Positions 27,667-37,495 of a DNA stretch of 58,466 nucleotides are shown here, piece by piece. Below the pieces are notes generated by a model. That model had not been told where the DNA came from and searched no databases. It was given only the letters and a program-made list of their open reading frames with translations. A program made the translations under genes and the position numbers. Numbering within the stretch: the stretch's first letter is position 1; the number at the start of each line of letters is the position of its first letter. The DNA comes from Candidatus Micrarchaeota archaeon (GTDB taxonomy: Archaea; Micrarchaeota; Micrarchaeia; Anstonellales; Bilamarchaeaceae), in NCBI GenBank assembly GCA_043812915.1, contig JBDRLQ010000005.1, forward strand, positions 1 to 58,466, read 5' to 3'.

Positions 27667-28755
27667 TCAACCCCGGATATATTCTTCCAGAGCTTTTCTT
27701 GCATCGGGGTCTGTCATCTGCTTTGGCGGATGCTTCATCAGGTAAGCAGAGGCCGGGATTATCGCGCCGCCAAGTCTTCTATCAAGGGCAATCTTTGCGG
27801 CCCTGATTGCATCAATCACGATTCCGCCGGAATTCGCCTTGTCATCCACTTCGAGGCGCACTTCCATGTTGTACTTAACATCGGCCCACATCCTGCCTTC
27901 TATGCGCATGAACATCAGCTTGGTGTTCCCGAGGAATGGGATGAAGTCTGATGGGCCCACGTAAATCTGGTCGTCAGGAAGCCTTTTGCTAAGCTGGCTC
28001 TGCACTGATTCTGTCTTTGAAATCTTCTTGCTCTCGAGCCTCTCCCGCTCGAGCATGTTGCAGAAGTCCGTGTTTCCGCCGACATTAATCTGGTATGTCT
28101 TGTCAACGCTGCCTCCGCGCTCATCGCAGAGCCTGGCAAGTGTGCGGTGAACAATTGTCGCCCCTATCATACCCTTGATGTCGTCCCCCACAACCGGAAG
28201 ATTCGCATCCGTGAATCTCTTTTCCCATGCGGGTGTGCTGGCGATGAATACTGGCATGGAGTTCACGAACGCACAGCCGCACTCGAGCGCGACTTCTGCC
28301 CAGAACTCAACCGCCTTCTGCGAGCCGACCGGCAGGTAGTTTATTATGACCGCAGTTCCGCTGGACTTTATCCTCTCGATAATCTCCTTGCGCAGCTCCT
28401 CTGTGCTCTTGCCGCTCTTTATCGGGTTAATCTTGTTCTCAACCCAAATTCCAACCCCGTCAAGGGCCGGGCTCTCCATCACAACGACATCCTTCTGCGG
28501 CATGCTCTCCATAGCAACCCAGTTGACCATATTGGGGCTGGCATAGAGTGCCTCGCTCATCGGCTTTCCGACTTTGTTCTCACCGACATCGAACGCCGCT
28601 ACAGCTTCGATATCATAGATAGTGTATCCACCCATGTTCTCATGCATTATCCCGATAACCTTCTTGTCAGGATTCTGCCTGTAGAACTCTATGCCCTGCA
28701 ATAAACCAGAGCAGCAGTTCCCAAGGCCTACGAATGCGCATTTTATCTTTCCCAT
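27667..28755 (-). CDS. ino1: myo-inositol-1-phosphate synthase
   Basis: VGLGNC, NYLPVGS, GDDIKG, YQINVGGNTDF, SKKISKT, DKANSGG, YLMKHPP. Confidence 0.95.
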   Translation of the reverse strand: MGKIKCAFVGLGNCCSGLLQGIEFYRQNPDKKVIGIMHENMGGYTIYDIEAVAAFDVGENKVGKPMSEALYASPNMVNWVAMESMPQKDVVVMESPALDGVGIWVENKINPIKSGKSTEELRKEIIERIKSSGTAVIINYLPVGSQKAVEFWAEVALECGCAFVNSMPVFIASTPAWEKRFTDANLPVVGDDIKGMIGATIVHRTLARLCDERGGSVDKTYQINVGGNTDFCNMLERERLESKKISKTESVQSQLSKRLPDDQIYVGPSDFIPFLGNTKLMFMRIEGRMWADVKYNMEVRLEVDDKANSGGIVIDAIRAAKIALDRRLGGAIIPASAYLMKHPPKQMTDPDARKALEEYIRG

Positions 28756-28828
28756 TTCGCCACCTATTAATGAATTTTATACTATTATATGTTTGTATGA
28801 TAGTAAGAATTTATAAAATAAGTCCCAT

Positions 28829-29455
28829 TCACATTCCGGGCATGCGCCTTTGCCCGCTTTGGGCCGGCCTCTCCATGTAAATATTGCCAAAACTGTCAAG
28901 GAGCGCGGATTCCGGGTAGTCCGGAGCGGCAAATCCATGCCTCCTGTAGATGCCGAATGCAATCGGGCTTGAGAAAAGGCACATCGTCCTGATTCCTTCG
29001 ATGGCGCTGATTTCCTCGATAAGGGTCCGAACCATGAAATCCCCGATGCCGTTCCCCTGCAGGGGCATCGCAACAGAGACATCCACTATCTTCGCACGGT
29101 CACCCTCGCGTAAAAATCCGCACATCCCGGCGACCTCACCATCAAGCAGAACGACCCTGTAGTTGTGGGTCCTTGCCGTATGCGCGATGAATAAGGTGGA
29201 ATATGTCATCCTGGCCTTAAGCATGTCCTCCCTTGTCGGGATCCCATTTCCCCAGAATACAGAATCAACGAAGTTTTCCATAAGTATCCTGGAGCAGGCC
29301 TGGCCATCTCTCTGCCTGAATTGGCGGAATAGGACAAGCATCTGCTTTCCATTCCTGCGCCCCATTATGCTCTCGCCCACAGTGCCCATTGTAGGGAAGA
29401 CCGCCCTCTTCGCGGGGGTGATAGCATCATCTCTGGGGATAGGGTTTTTTTGCAT
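28829..29455 (-). CDS. GNAT family N-acetyltransferase
   Basis: VSVAMPLQGNGIG motif A; AFGIYRRHGF motif B; basic N-terminal extension. Confidence 0.8.
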   Translation of the reverse strand: MQKNPIPRDDAITPAKRAVFPTMGTVGESIMGRRNGKQMLVLFRQFRQRDGQACSRILMENFVDSVFWGNGIPTREDMLKARMTYSTLFIAHTARTHNYRVVLLDGEVAGMCGFLREGDRAKIVDVSVAMPLQGNGIGDFMVRTLIEEISAIEGIRTMCLFSSPIAFGIYRRHGFAAPDYPESALLDSFGNIYMERPAQSGQRRMPGM

Positions 29456-29621
29456 GGGCAATTACTGAGAAAATGTTATTATAAATGTAACTAAAAGGCA
29501 AATCCCAAGATTTATAAAACGGCCCAGCCATAAGTGGTATGCCGGCATATGCCAGAAAAGGCCTGCTGGCTAGACTCTCCTGTTGCCCAAAGCTTCAGGC
29601 GAATGACGGAGGTAACAAGTT

Positions 29622-30197
29622 ATGTACTACCAAAAAACCATTGAAGAAAGGATTCGTGTCCCCCCCGAGATGTTCGGCTCACAGCTGGAGGATGCGGTTT
29701 TGCGGATTCTCCGTGACAGGTTGGAGGGGCGAATATACAAGGACATAGGGATGATTCTGTCAATCGACACGCCGAAGGTGACCACCGAAGGCATGGTCAT
29801 TCCGGGCGACAGCGGCGCATATTACACGGTCCGCTTCGAGGCTCTTACGTTCCTTCCTTTCGTGAACGAGGTTTACCTTGCCGAAGTGAAGGAGGTCGTC
29901 GAGTTCGGAGCGTTCTCCTCAATCGGCCCGTTCCAGGGCCTTCTGCACGTTTCGCAGATAGGGAGGGACAAATACCACTACGACAAGAAGAGCAAGGCCC
30001 TCACATCAAGGACCGCTAAGAGGACCCTGAAGAAGGGCGATACTATACTCGTGAAGGTCTCCACCGTCAGCATGAAGTCATCAGCTGCGGACACCAAAAT
30101 CGGCCTTACGATGAGGCCCGACGGGCTCGGGAAATCCGAATGGATGGACCTGAAGAAGGAGCCTGATAAGAAGGAGAGGAAGGGTGGTAAGAAATGA
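29622..30197 (+). CDS. rpoE1: DNA-directed RNA polymerase subunit Rpo7 (E')
   Basis: IRVPPEMFG, PGDSGAYY, EFGAF..IGPFQGLLHVSQI S1 domain, KIGLTMRPDGLGK. Confidence 0.95.
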   Translation: MYYQKTIEERIRVPPEMFGSQLEDAVLRILRDRLEGRIYKDIGMILSIDTPKVTTEGMVIPGDSGAYYTVRFEALTFLPFVNEVYLAEVKEVVEFGAFSSIGPFQGLLHVSQIGRDKYHYDKKSKALTSRTAKRTLKKGDTILVKVSTVSMKSSAADTKIGLTMRPDGLGKSEWMDLKKEPDKKERKGGKK

Positions 30198-30379
30198 AGG
30201 CCTGCAAGGAATGCCGCTATATAACGTATAACACCGCCGACAAGGTATGTCCTAGGTGCAATGGGGAATTATCCGATAAGTTCGCCGGCATGATAATCAT
30301 TCTGGATCCTGAGCGCTCCGAGATTGCCAAGATAGCTGAACTGAATGCGATTGGCAGCTACGCAATCAGGGTGAAGTAG
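30194..30379 (+). CDS. spt4: Transcription elongation factor Spt4 (RpoE'')
   Basis: KACKEC...CPRC zinc finger, IIILDPERSEIAK, YAIRV; ATGA overlap with rpoE1. Confidence 0.94.
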   Translation: MKACKECRYITYNTADKVCPRCNGELSDKFAGMIIILDPERSEIAKIAELNAIGSYAIRVK

Positions 30380-30740
30380 GATTATCCTGCTTCACTGGAT
30401 GAAAAATTGGCTAAGGGTCGGTCGGGAGATTATCTCTCGTTCGTGCCAGTGTTCGCATCGGTCTTCTTATCCTTGGATTCGCGCAGGCGAACCTCTTCTC
30501 TGGCACCTGTCGGGCTATCCAAGGCGATTTCCAAAGGCGGAGAAATATGAATGGGGATACGCCCTTCATGCGGGATTCGGCCCGGGAATTGCCATCGGAG
30601 TGTGATGCGGGTCGAAGCGGAGGGCTACCCGGCAACAGAACTGGCGGAACATATCGACAAATAACGTTTTCAATTGCGGAATAGCCCCTTCTTTTAAAGA
30701 TTTCCTGCGAATTGGAATAAACAAATTCTCAGGTGGTAAT

Positions 30741-31901
30741 TTGATAGAGCCCTCAACAAGAAGTGACCTAGTTTCATATCCGATCAGGGACATTGTGCAG
30801 GAAGCCAAAGTGCTTGAAAAGAAGGGAACCGAAATGATTTACCTGAATATAGGGGACCCTGCGCCATTCGGCTTCAGGCCCCCCCAGCACATTCTTGATG
30901 CTGCTGCGGAAGCGCTGAAGCAGAACTATTCAGGCTACGCGCCCTCCGAGGGAGATGCCGAGCTCCGCCAGGCGGTTGCTGACTATGAGGGCGTCGCGCA
31001 GAAAGACGTGTTCATCGCCGCCGGGCTCAGCGAGGGGATCGACTTCCTTTTCCAGGCGATGCTCGATCCGGGGCGTAACTTCGCACTCCCAACCCCCACC
31101 TACCCGCTCTATCTTACAAAAGAGAGGATGAGCTACGGTACTGTCGATTTCTATGACTGCGATGAGAATTTCATTCCAGACCTAGATAGCCTCAGGAAGT
31201 CAATCAACGAGTACACGCGGGCAATCCTTGTCATCAACCCGAACAATCCGACGGGGGCGGTGTACCCGCGCAAAATCCTGGAGGGCATTGTCGATATTGC
31301 AGGCGAGTACAAGATACCGATTATCGCCGATGACGCGTACGAGAAGCTCGTCTTCGACGGGGAATACGTGAACCTGCGCGAAATCTGCAAGGATGTCCCG
31401 ATTGTTTCAGGAAACAGCCTTTCAAAGAACTACATCTATCCCGGGGCCCGCGTCGGCTATCTCGCTTTCCACGGAGAGGGCTGGGACAAGGTGAAGGACG
31501 CCTGCCAGAGGCTCTGCAACCAGCGGCTTTCGGTCAACTGGGAGATGCAGCGCGCCTACATTGCGGCAATCAGGGGGCCGAATGACCACATAGCGGCCTT
31601 CAACGCAGCCCTGAAGGAGAGGCGTGACTTCATGGTAAAAAGAATCGGGGAGATTGACGGCCTTTCAGTCGCCACTCCAAAGGGTGCATTCTACGCATTC
31701 GTGAAGGTTGAGAACAAGGGCGGATGGAAAGATGACTGGGCATTTGTGCGCGACCTTCTCAAGCAAGGCGTTGTGACCGCCCCCGGTTCAGGATTCGACC
31801 CCAAGGCAAAGGACATCTATTTCAGGATGGTGTTCCTGCCATCTATTGAGCAGCTCGATGAGTCGTTCAAGCGGATGGAGAAGCTGATGAAGAAGCATTG
31901 A
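30741..31901 (+). CDS. Class I/II PLP-dependent aminotransferase (AlaA-like)
   Basis: YLNIGDP, INPNNPTGAVY, DDAY, SLSKNY.YPGARVG, PKGAFY; TTG start after AGGTGG RBS. Confidence 0.9.
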   Translation: MIEPSTRSDLVSYPIRDIVQEAKVLEKKGTEMIYLNIGDPAPFGFRPPQHILDAAAEALKQNYSGYAPSEGDAELRQAVADYEGVAQKDVFIAAGLSEGIDFLFQAMLDPGRNFALPTPTYPLYLTKERMSYGTVDFYDCDENFIPDLDSLRKSINEYTRAILVINPNNPTGAVYPRKILEGIVDIAGEYKIPIIADDAYEKLVFDGEYVNLREICKDVPIVSGNSLSKNYIYPGARVGYLAFHGEGWDKVKDACQRLCNQRLSVNWEMQRAYIAAIRGPNDHIAAFNAALKERRDFMVKRIGEIDGLSVATPKGAFYAFVKVENKGGWKDDWAFVRDLLKQGVVTAPGSGFDPKAKDIYFRMVFLPSIEQLDESFKRMEKLMKKH

Positions 31902-31984
31902 CTGCACCGAATCCGGTGATTGGAATGAAAAAAGGATGCATGACGTTCCTTTCCTGAATGCAAAAAAGGCAAGGGGGAATCCCG

Positions 31985-34510
31985 CTATTTCTTATTTTTC
32001 TTTTCCTCTAAGGCTTTCCTTCTTGCCGCAAGCCTATCCTTCAGGCTCATCCTCTCCTCAGGCTTTTTCGGAGCAGCCTCCTTTTTCACCGGCTTCTTGG
32101 TGGCCGGCGCCTTCTTCGGTGGAGGCTTTGGCGGTGCGGCTTTTTTGGATGGGTAAGCGGCAGTCACAACTCCCCCTTTGGGCGGCATCGGAGCGGAAGG
32201 CGGGGGTGGCGCTGGAGGCGGAGCGCTCGGGATTTCAGGCGGCGCTCCTATCTTCCTCTTCTGGATTTCCCTCTTCATGATTTCCTTGAATTCGGGCTCC
32301 CACCTCTTCCATGCATCCGAGAAGTCCACAGCGCCCTGCTCCTGTTCCATGGACGAGAGCAGCTTGTTCGCTGCGGTATTCACGTGCAGCACGAAGTCCA
32401 GCTCGAGCAGCAGCTTGTCATTGAGGGCCTGGCTGCTCTTGAATATATCCCAGTACATCTTCCCTTTCCAGAAAGACTGGAGGACATACTGCTCGGGTGC
32501 TATTCCGGTCTCCTCGCTCCGCCTTGCAAGTGCCGGCGGTATGAATGAGAGGTCCAGGTCCTTCTCAAGCCTGTGTATGTCGATGCTATCGAAGTTGTTC
32601 ATAGAACCCTCGGGGTTCCTCAGGAACTTCGGCTCCCAGGTGCATGCCTTGATGCTTTCCCCCCTTCTGAACCTGAAAATCTCGACGAACTTCTTCTCGT
32701 CGATATCGCTTTCGTACTCGAAGCCGAGTACCCTGAATATTCTTCCCCTTCTCCCGAACCGGATTTTCTTGAGGAACGTGTACCTGTCTGTAGCATACAT
32801 GCTCGCCGCCGGCAGGCCGAACACAAGCTCAAGCCTGTCCTGGACATCCCTCAGGGATTCGGCGTGCAGGTTGTAGAGCAGGAATACGCCCGGCTGGGTG
32901 TTCAGCAGGTTGATGATGCCCTGGACTGCCACCCTTGACCGAACTTCGTTGATGATAAGCGCGGCGTCACCCATCCTGAGCAGTGCGTTGGCCATACTCA
33001 CAAGGTCGAGCTCCTTTGTCATCACCTCTTCCCTCTCAGAGCTCTGCACCCTCGCTGCGCCGATGTGGAATCCCCGCTTCCTGAATGCGCGTACCGGGAT
33101 TTCCTCTATGTCCTGGATTGGTATTATTCTCCTTCGTGTTCCGATGGAGGTAATCTTGGACGCTGTGAATGCGGTCTTACCTACGCCCTTGAGCCCAAGT
33201 ACGGCTTCACTGCAGCCCAGGCCCACAAGCACATCATCATATCCGACGAAGAATGGTGACATGGAATCGAAGTTGAGGTACTGCGCGTACGTGAACGGCT
33301 GCTCCTTCATGATTCTTAGCGCTCCCTGAAGCTCGTTGAAAGTGGCTGGCGGCCTCTGGAGGTGGCACCTCATCGAGAGCCGCTTCATCACGACATCCAC
33401 AATCGGGCTGTTCTCGTCGAATTTCCTCACTCCCTTTAGCGTGAATACGATATTCCTGAACGCGCGCTCAAGCAGGTCCCTGTTGTACCTTAGCAGCGTG
33501 TGGCACAGTCCGTATTTCGCATGCTCTATGTACAAGGGGGAGTTCTCGCTGTCGATATAGATATCAGTGACATTCTCAGCGTCAAGCGCAAGGTTCTCTA
33601 TGTGCGCTCCCAGGCCGACTACCCATGCCGCGCATTCCCTGCCCATGGCCATCGCCTGCTTCGGGGTTATCGCAACTCCCTCGATCATGGCCTTGTCGAT
33701 GAAGTACTGGCGGTATTCCCTGGTCTTAAGGTTCATGAGTATGTCCCAATCCACATTCTGGAATATCTCCTTGAACTGCTCGTTTATGTGATCTTTTAGC
33801 ATTTTGTTCAGTTCAGGGGAAAGGTTCCCTATCGCGGTATTCTTCTGCACGTAGAGGTACGCTTCCTCCCCGGGAATCTCGTAGAGCTGCACCTCCACCC
33901 CGTAGGGCAGCTGGTAGTGCGCATCCGGAGCCTCCACGGGGATTGCGTTGGGCGGAACTCCAAGGACAAGCGAAGCGACGAAATAAAGCGACTTGAGGCC
34001 TGTCAGCGAAAGGAAAGCCGCCCTGAGGTCTCCGGTTTCCCTTACCAGGCTAAATAGCCTTGTCGAGGTGAATCTCTTTATGATGCCGGCAACCCATCCC
34101 TTGAACGTCTGGAACCCCTTCATGTATATGGACTTGTCAGGCGTGGGCTCGTTGTACTCCTCGAGCTGCCTGACAGCCATAATCGGGTTGAGGAAAATGT
34201 ATTCGTAGAATCTCCTCATTATGGCCTTTCGGCTGTCGTATTCAGGGTCCTGCCTTACCCCGTAGATGTCATCGCGCAGGAGCAGGGTTTCAATCTGCCG
34301 GATTACGCTGGCGTATTCTGTGAGGACCTTGGTTTTCTCCTCCGTGAGCTCAACCACGATTTCTTCCTCGTAGCGGATGGTCTTTATCGGGGTCTCGGTG
34401 GTTGACAAATCTTTAAGATGGAGGTTCAGGAATTCAGGGGATGCGAATTCATAGGGGCATTTTGCCAGGTCTACAATCGCTCTCTCCCCTTCCATATAGA
34501 GGTTGCACAT
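31985..34510 (-). CDS. Type II/IV secretion / pilus-assembly family ATPase (VirB11/CpaF/FlaI-like), divergent
   Basis: VTDIYID, FDENSPIVD, Walker A GLKGVGKT, Asp-box IQDIEEI, LRMGDAALIINEVRS Walker B, His-box NLHAES; long N-terminal extension; Pro/Lys-rich tail. Confidence 0.8.
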   Translation of the reverse strand: MCNLYMEGERAIVDLAKCPYEFASPEFLNLHLKDLSTTETPIKTIRYEEEIVVELTEEKTKVLTEYASVIRQIETLLLRDDIYGVRQDPEYDSRKAIMRRFYEYIFLNPIMAVRQLEEYNEPTPDKSIYMKGFQTFKGWVAGIIKRFTSTRLFSLVRETGDLRAAFLSLTGLKSLYFVASLVLGVPPNAIPVEAPDAHYQLPYGVEVQLYEIPGEEAYLYVQKNTAIGNLSPELNKMLKDHINEQFKEIFQNVDWDILMNLKTREYRQYFIDKAMIEGVAITPKQAMAMGRECAAWVVGLGAHIENLALDAENVTDIYIDSENSPLYIEHAKYGLCHTLLRYNRDLLERAFRNIVFTLKGVRKFDENSPIVDVVMKRLSMRCHLQRPPATFNELQGALRIMKEQPFTYAQYLNFDSMSPFFVGYDDVLVGLGCSEAVLGLKGVGKTAFTASKITSIGTRRRIIPIQDIEEIPVRAFRKRGFHIGAARVQSSEREEVMTKELDLVSMANALLRMGDAALIINEVRSRVAVQGIINLLNTQPGVFLLYNLHAESLRDVQDRLELVFGLPAASMYATDRYTFLKKIRFGRRGRIFRVLGFEYESDIDEKKFVEIFRFRRGESIKACTWEPKFLRNPEGSMNNFDSIDIHRLEKDLDLSFIPPALARRSEETGIAPEQYVLQSFWKGKMYWDIFKSSQALNDKLLLELDFVLHVNTAANKLLSSMEQEQGAVDFSDAWKRWEPEFKEIMKREIQKRKIGAPPEIPSAPPPAPPPPSAPMPPKGGVVTAAYPSKKAAPPKPPPKKAPATKKPVKKEAAPKKPEERMSLKDRLAARRKALEEKKNKK

Positions 34511-34635
34511 GGGAGGGACTACCCAATTAGAGTTTAAAAAACTAAGCCGTCCGGTTTTTCATTGTAAGACGAAGCTTCTTCCATCGGGCTCCGTGCTGAT
34601 GGTTTGGGTAATCAGCCCACTTCAGCGGCACTCTC

Positions 34636-37419
34636 CTATCCATCGGAAGCGGCTGGCTCCCTCAGAAGCTCAATTATCCTCTGGTGCCCTGCTTCTTCGG
34701 CCAGGTTGAGCGCGCTCTTGCCATCCTTGTTTTTCAGTTCCGCATCCGCCCCCTCATCAAGAAGCAGCCTTGCCATGTTTTCATCTCCTGCCGATGAGGC
34801 CACCATAAGAGTGGTATTGCCTTCCATGTCCCTCGCGTTAACGCTTGCGCCTTCCCTAATAAGACTTACCGCTTCGCCAACAGAGCGCCTGGCGGCAGCA
34901 AGCAGTTCAGAATTGAGGGTGGTGGCATGCAGCACTTGAGCCGCCCTTTCGAATCCGGCATCTTTGGCAAGGTCAAAGGCGCTCATGCCCTCACTGTTCT
35001 TCACGCCTAGGTCTGCGCCATGCTCCAGAAGGAGCCTGACGATGTCGGTCTCGCCTGCCCTCGCAGCGCCCATCAGCGCGGTCTTGCACTCAATGTTCAG
35101 CGTGCACTCGGCATTGACATCCGCCCCGGCTTCCAGAAGCATCTGCACTATCTCCGTGCTCTCATGTCCTTCTGATATGGTGCCGTGCGAAGCCATCATC
35201 AGCGGGGTCGACCCGGCATTCCCGGCCAGGTTTACATCCGCCCCCGCATCAAGGAGGAGCTTTACTGCATCAATGTGACCGAAGCAGCAGGCCTCGCTAA
35301 GGGCGGTATTCCCGCTCCCGCTCTGTGCATTGACATCCGCCCCGGCATCGATTAGCATCTTGGCAATCTCGGCCCTCTCGGGTCTGCTCTTTTCCCCGTC
35401 GCCGTTGCTGCACACCTGGATTATTGCCGTTGTTTCGTCATCGCTTCTGTCCCTCGCGTTGGCATCGGCTCCTCCCTGCAGCGCTTCCCTTACCTCCTCC
35501 ACATTTAGGTAGTGCGCCCCAATCAGCAGGTCTTCATCCAGCTCTGCCTGGGGCTTGGTCCGTGCGCCTTTGCTCCTTAGCAGCTGCGCAATCTCATCCA
35601 TCCCATTGTCGAAAGCTAGCCGGAGGGGCTTTTTCTTGTCTTCCCCGGCTGCATTCACAATCGCTCGCTTCTCAATGAGGAGCCTTGCAAGTTCAGGACT
35701 CTTTGCCCAGCCAATTGCCATGCAGAGCGCATAAGTCCTGTGCCTCTTGCTGTACGTGTCCGGATTGGCTCCGCCCTCTATCAGCACTTTGGCAGAGCCT
35801 GCAGAATCCTCGTTCATCAGAGCGGCCGTAAGGATGGGTTCACCGTCTTCTTCCCTGGTGGTATTGGGGCTTGCGCCCTTCTCCAGGAGCTTCCTCATCC
35901 GCTCCGGGTTCCACATGGCATCTGATCCGAACATTTTTCTTCTGAACCATTTGACAAGCTCCTCCCCGCTCATCGCCTGCACCTTCTCAAGCATTTCAGT
36001 TTTATCCCCTTGGAAATTCGCCCTGGCAATATCCAGGGCAGTATGCTTCTTGTCGTGCGACATGTGCGATATGATGTTCGGATCAGCCCCCCTATCAAGG
36101 AGAATCCTTACCATCTCAGGCTTGATTATCCCAACACAGGCCCTCATCAGCGCTGTATGCCGCCAGGACAGGTTCTTCGCATCAATTTCAGCGCCCCTAT
36201 CAAGCAGCAGAACCGCAATCTGGGGATTTTCGACTGCAAGGTAAAGCGCTGCCACCCCTTTACCGTCCCGGCTGTTGGGGTCTGCCCCGTCCTCCAGCAG
36301 GGTGCGGACCGAGTCGACATCACCGCCCTTTACCGAATCGAGCAGGCGTCCGTTCAAATCCTTCGCCTCGCTCTTCTGCGGGGTTTTCTCTTCTCCCGGT
36401 TCCTTCGCCTGCATCCGCTCGTCAAACCAGCAGAAGCTCTCTGGGGCGGCCTTCATCACGATGTTTTCCCGGAGCAGTTCTGCGCTCGGCATTTTGGAAT
36501 ACGGGATGAATATTCTTCCATTGTGGCAGAGGACATGGGAGTCATCAACTATCAGCGGGGCCACCTTGCCCCCAGCGTCAATGAGCCCGAATAGCGCGAA
36601 CCTTGATGCTGTGTTGCCGTATCCGTTCTCAGCCACCATCTTCTTGGCAGCCTCATTGAGCACGCAGATTCCAAGCCCGCACATGTTTGCGGCCCGTTCA
36701 ATGGCCTCTGCCATCCTCTGGGCGAAAATCTTTGTAGGCTGCCCGGTCGCCTCTTTTTCAGAACCCCTGATTTTTTTGGCGTGGGAAGCCCTCAAGTCCG
36801 CGAACGCATCGGCGATGTTGTGGCTTTCGATAATGGGCGCGTACCCCTCCTGCGCCCTCAAATCGGAGAGATGGTAATCCCTCATCTCTTTTGAAAATAT
36901 GTATGATGCGGTCTGCCCCGGATAAACCTCCACTGTTGCAATTGCGGCCAGATACCTCCTGCCTTCATACCCGAATTCGGCTTCGTGATAACTGTCCAGG
37001 GACGCATCGAGCGAAACTGCCCTCCCATGGCCGTCTTTCACAGGGTAAGTCCCGGTCGGCCTACCTACGTTATCATCCATCCGCATTTCAAATGATAGCC
37101 TGCCCCCGACAACCTGGGGGTCTGCATTAAGCCCGCATGCGGCAAGCGGCGTCATCCCCATCTTCTGGGCGTTTATTGGGATTGCGCCAAGCAGCCTCTC
37201 GAGCTGCCCCAGTTTCTCCCCAGCTGTCCTGTCCTGGCCGAGAATCTCTTTAGCGCCCTCAATCCGTTCCCTGACATCCTTTGAAAGCGGCTCCTCTTTC
37301 CAGAACATCGCGGAAAAACCGGGCCTCCTGCCCCTGGAGAGCCTTGCCCAGGTTGCAAATTTCCTTGAAGTCAAATGCCCGAAACGGGCGCTAGTGCTTC
37401 CGGTAGTCGTTCCACCCAT
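34636..37419 (-). CDS. Ankyrin-repeat protein with unknown N-terminal domain and conserved leader motif
   Basis: More than ten ankyrin repeats (GNTALSEACCFGHIDAVKLLLDAGADVN, GSTPLMMAS, TALMGAARAGETDIVRLLLEHGAD) in the C-terminal ~580 aa; leader TSRKFATWARL. Confidence 0.9.
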   Translation of the reverse strand: MGGTTTGSTSARFGHLTSRKFATWARLSRGRRPGFSAMFWKEEPLSKDVRERIEGAKEILGQDRTAGEKLGQLERLLGAIPINAQKMGMTPLAACGLNADPQVVGGRLSFEMRMDDNVGRPTGTYPVKDGHGRAVSLDASLDSYHEAEFGYEGRRYLAAIATVEVYPGQTASYIFSKEMRDYHLSDLRAQEGYAPIIESHNIADAFADLRASHAKKIRGSEKEATGQPTKIFAQRMAEAIERAANMCGLGICVLNEAAKKMVAENGYGNTASRFALFGLIDAGGKVAPLIVDDSHVLCHNGRIFIPYSKMPSAELLRENIVMKAAPESFCWFDERMQAKEPGEEKTPQKSEAKDLNGRLLDSVKGGDVDSVRTLLEDGADPNSRDGKGVAALYLAVENPQIAVLLLDRGAEIDAKNLSWRHTALMRACVGIIKPEMVRILLDRGADPNIISHMSHDKKHTALDIARANFQGDKTEMLEKVQAMSGEELVKWFRRKMFGSDAMWNPERMRKLLEKGASPNTTREEDGEPILTAALMNEDSAGSAKVLIEGGANPDTYSKRHRTYALCMAIGWAKSPELARLLIEKRAIVNAAGEDKKKPLRLAFDNGMDEIAQLLRSKGARTKPQAELDEDLLIGAHYLNVEEVREALQGGADANARDRSDDETTAIIQVCSNGDGEKSRPERAEIAKMLIDAGADVNAQSGSGNTALSEACCFGHIDAVKLLLDAGADVNLAGNAGSTPLMMASHGTISEGHESTEIVQMLLEAGADVNAECTLNIECKTALMGAARAGETDIVRLLLEHGADLGVKNSEGMSAFDLAKDAGFERAAQVLHATTLNSELLAAARRSVGEAVSLIREGASVNARDMEGNTTLMVASSAGDENMARLLLDEGADAELKNKDGKSALNLAEEAGHQRIIELLREPAASDG

Positions 37420-37495
37420 CTTATCCCGCGTGTTGCTAATTAGTAATATATATGGTGTGGAGAAACATTTATTAACTTATCAAATAACAAATAGG

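Noticed and set aside
30380..30660. RNase P or SRP RNA in the spacer after spt4
   Set aside because: AACAGAA resembles the RNase P 3' element, but the matching 5' GAGGAAAxTCC/P4 partner and the SRP helix-8 motif were not found.
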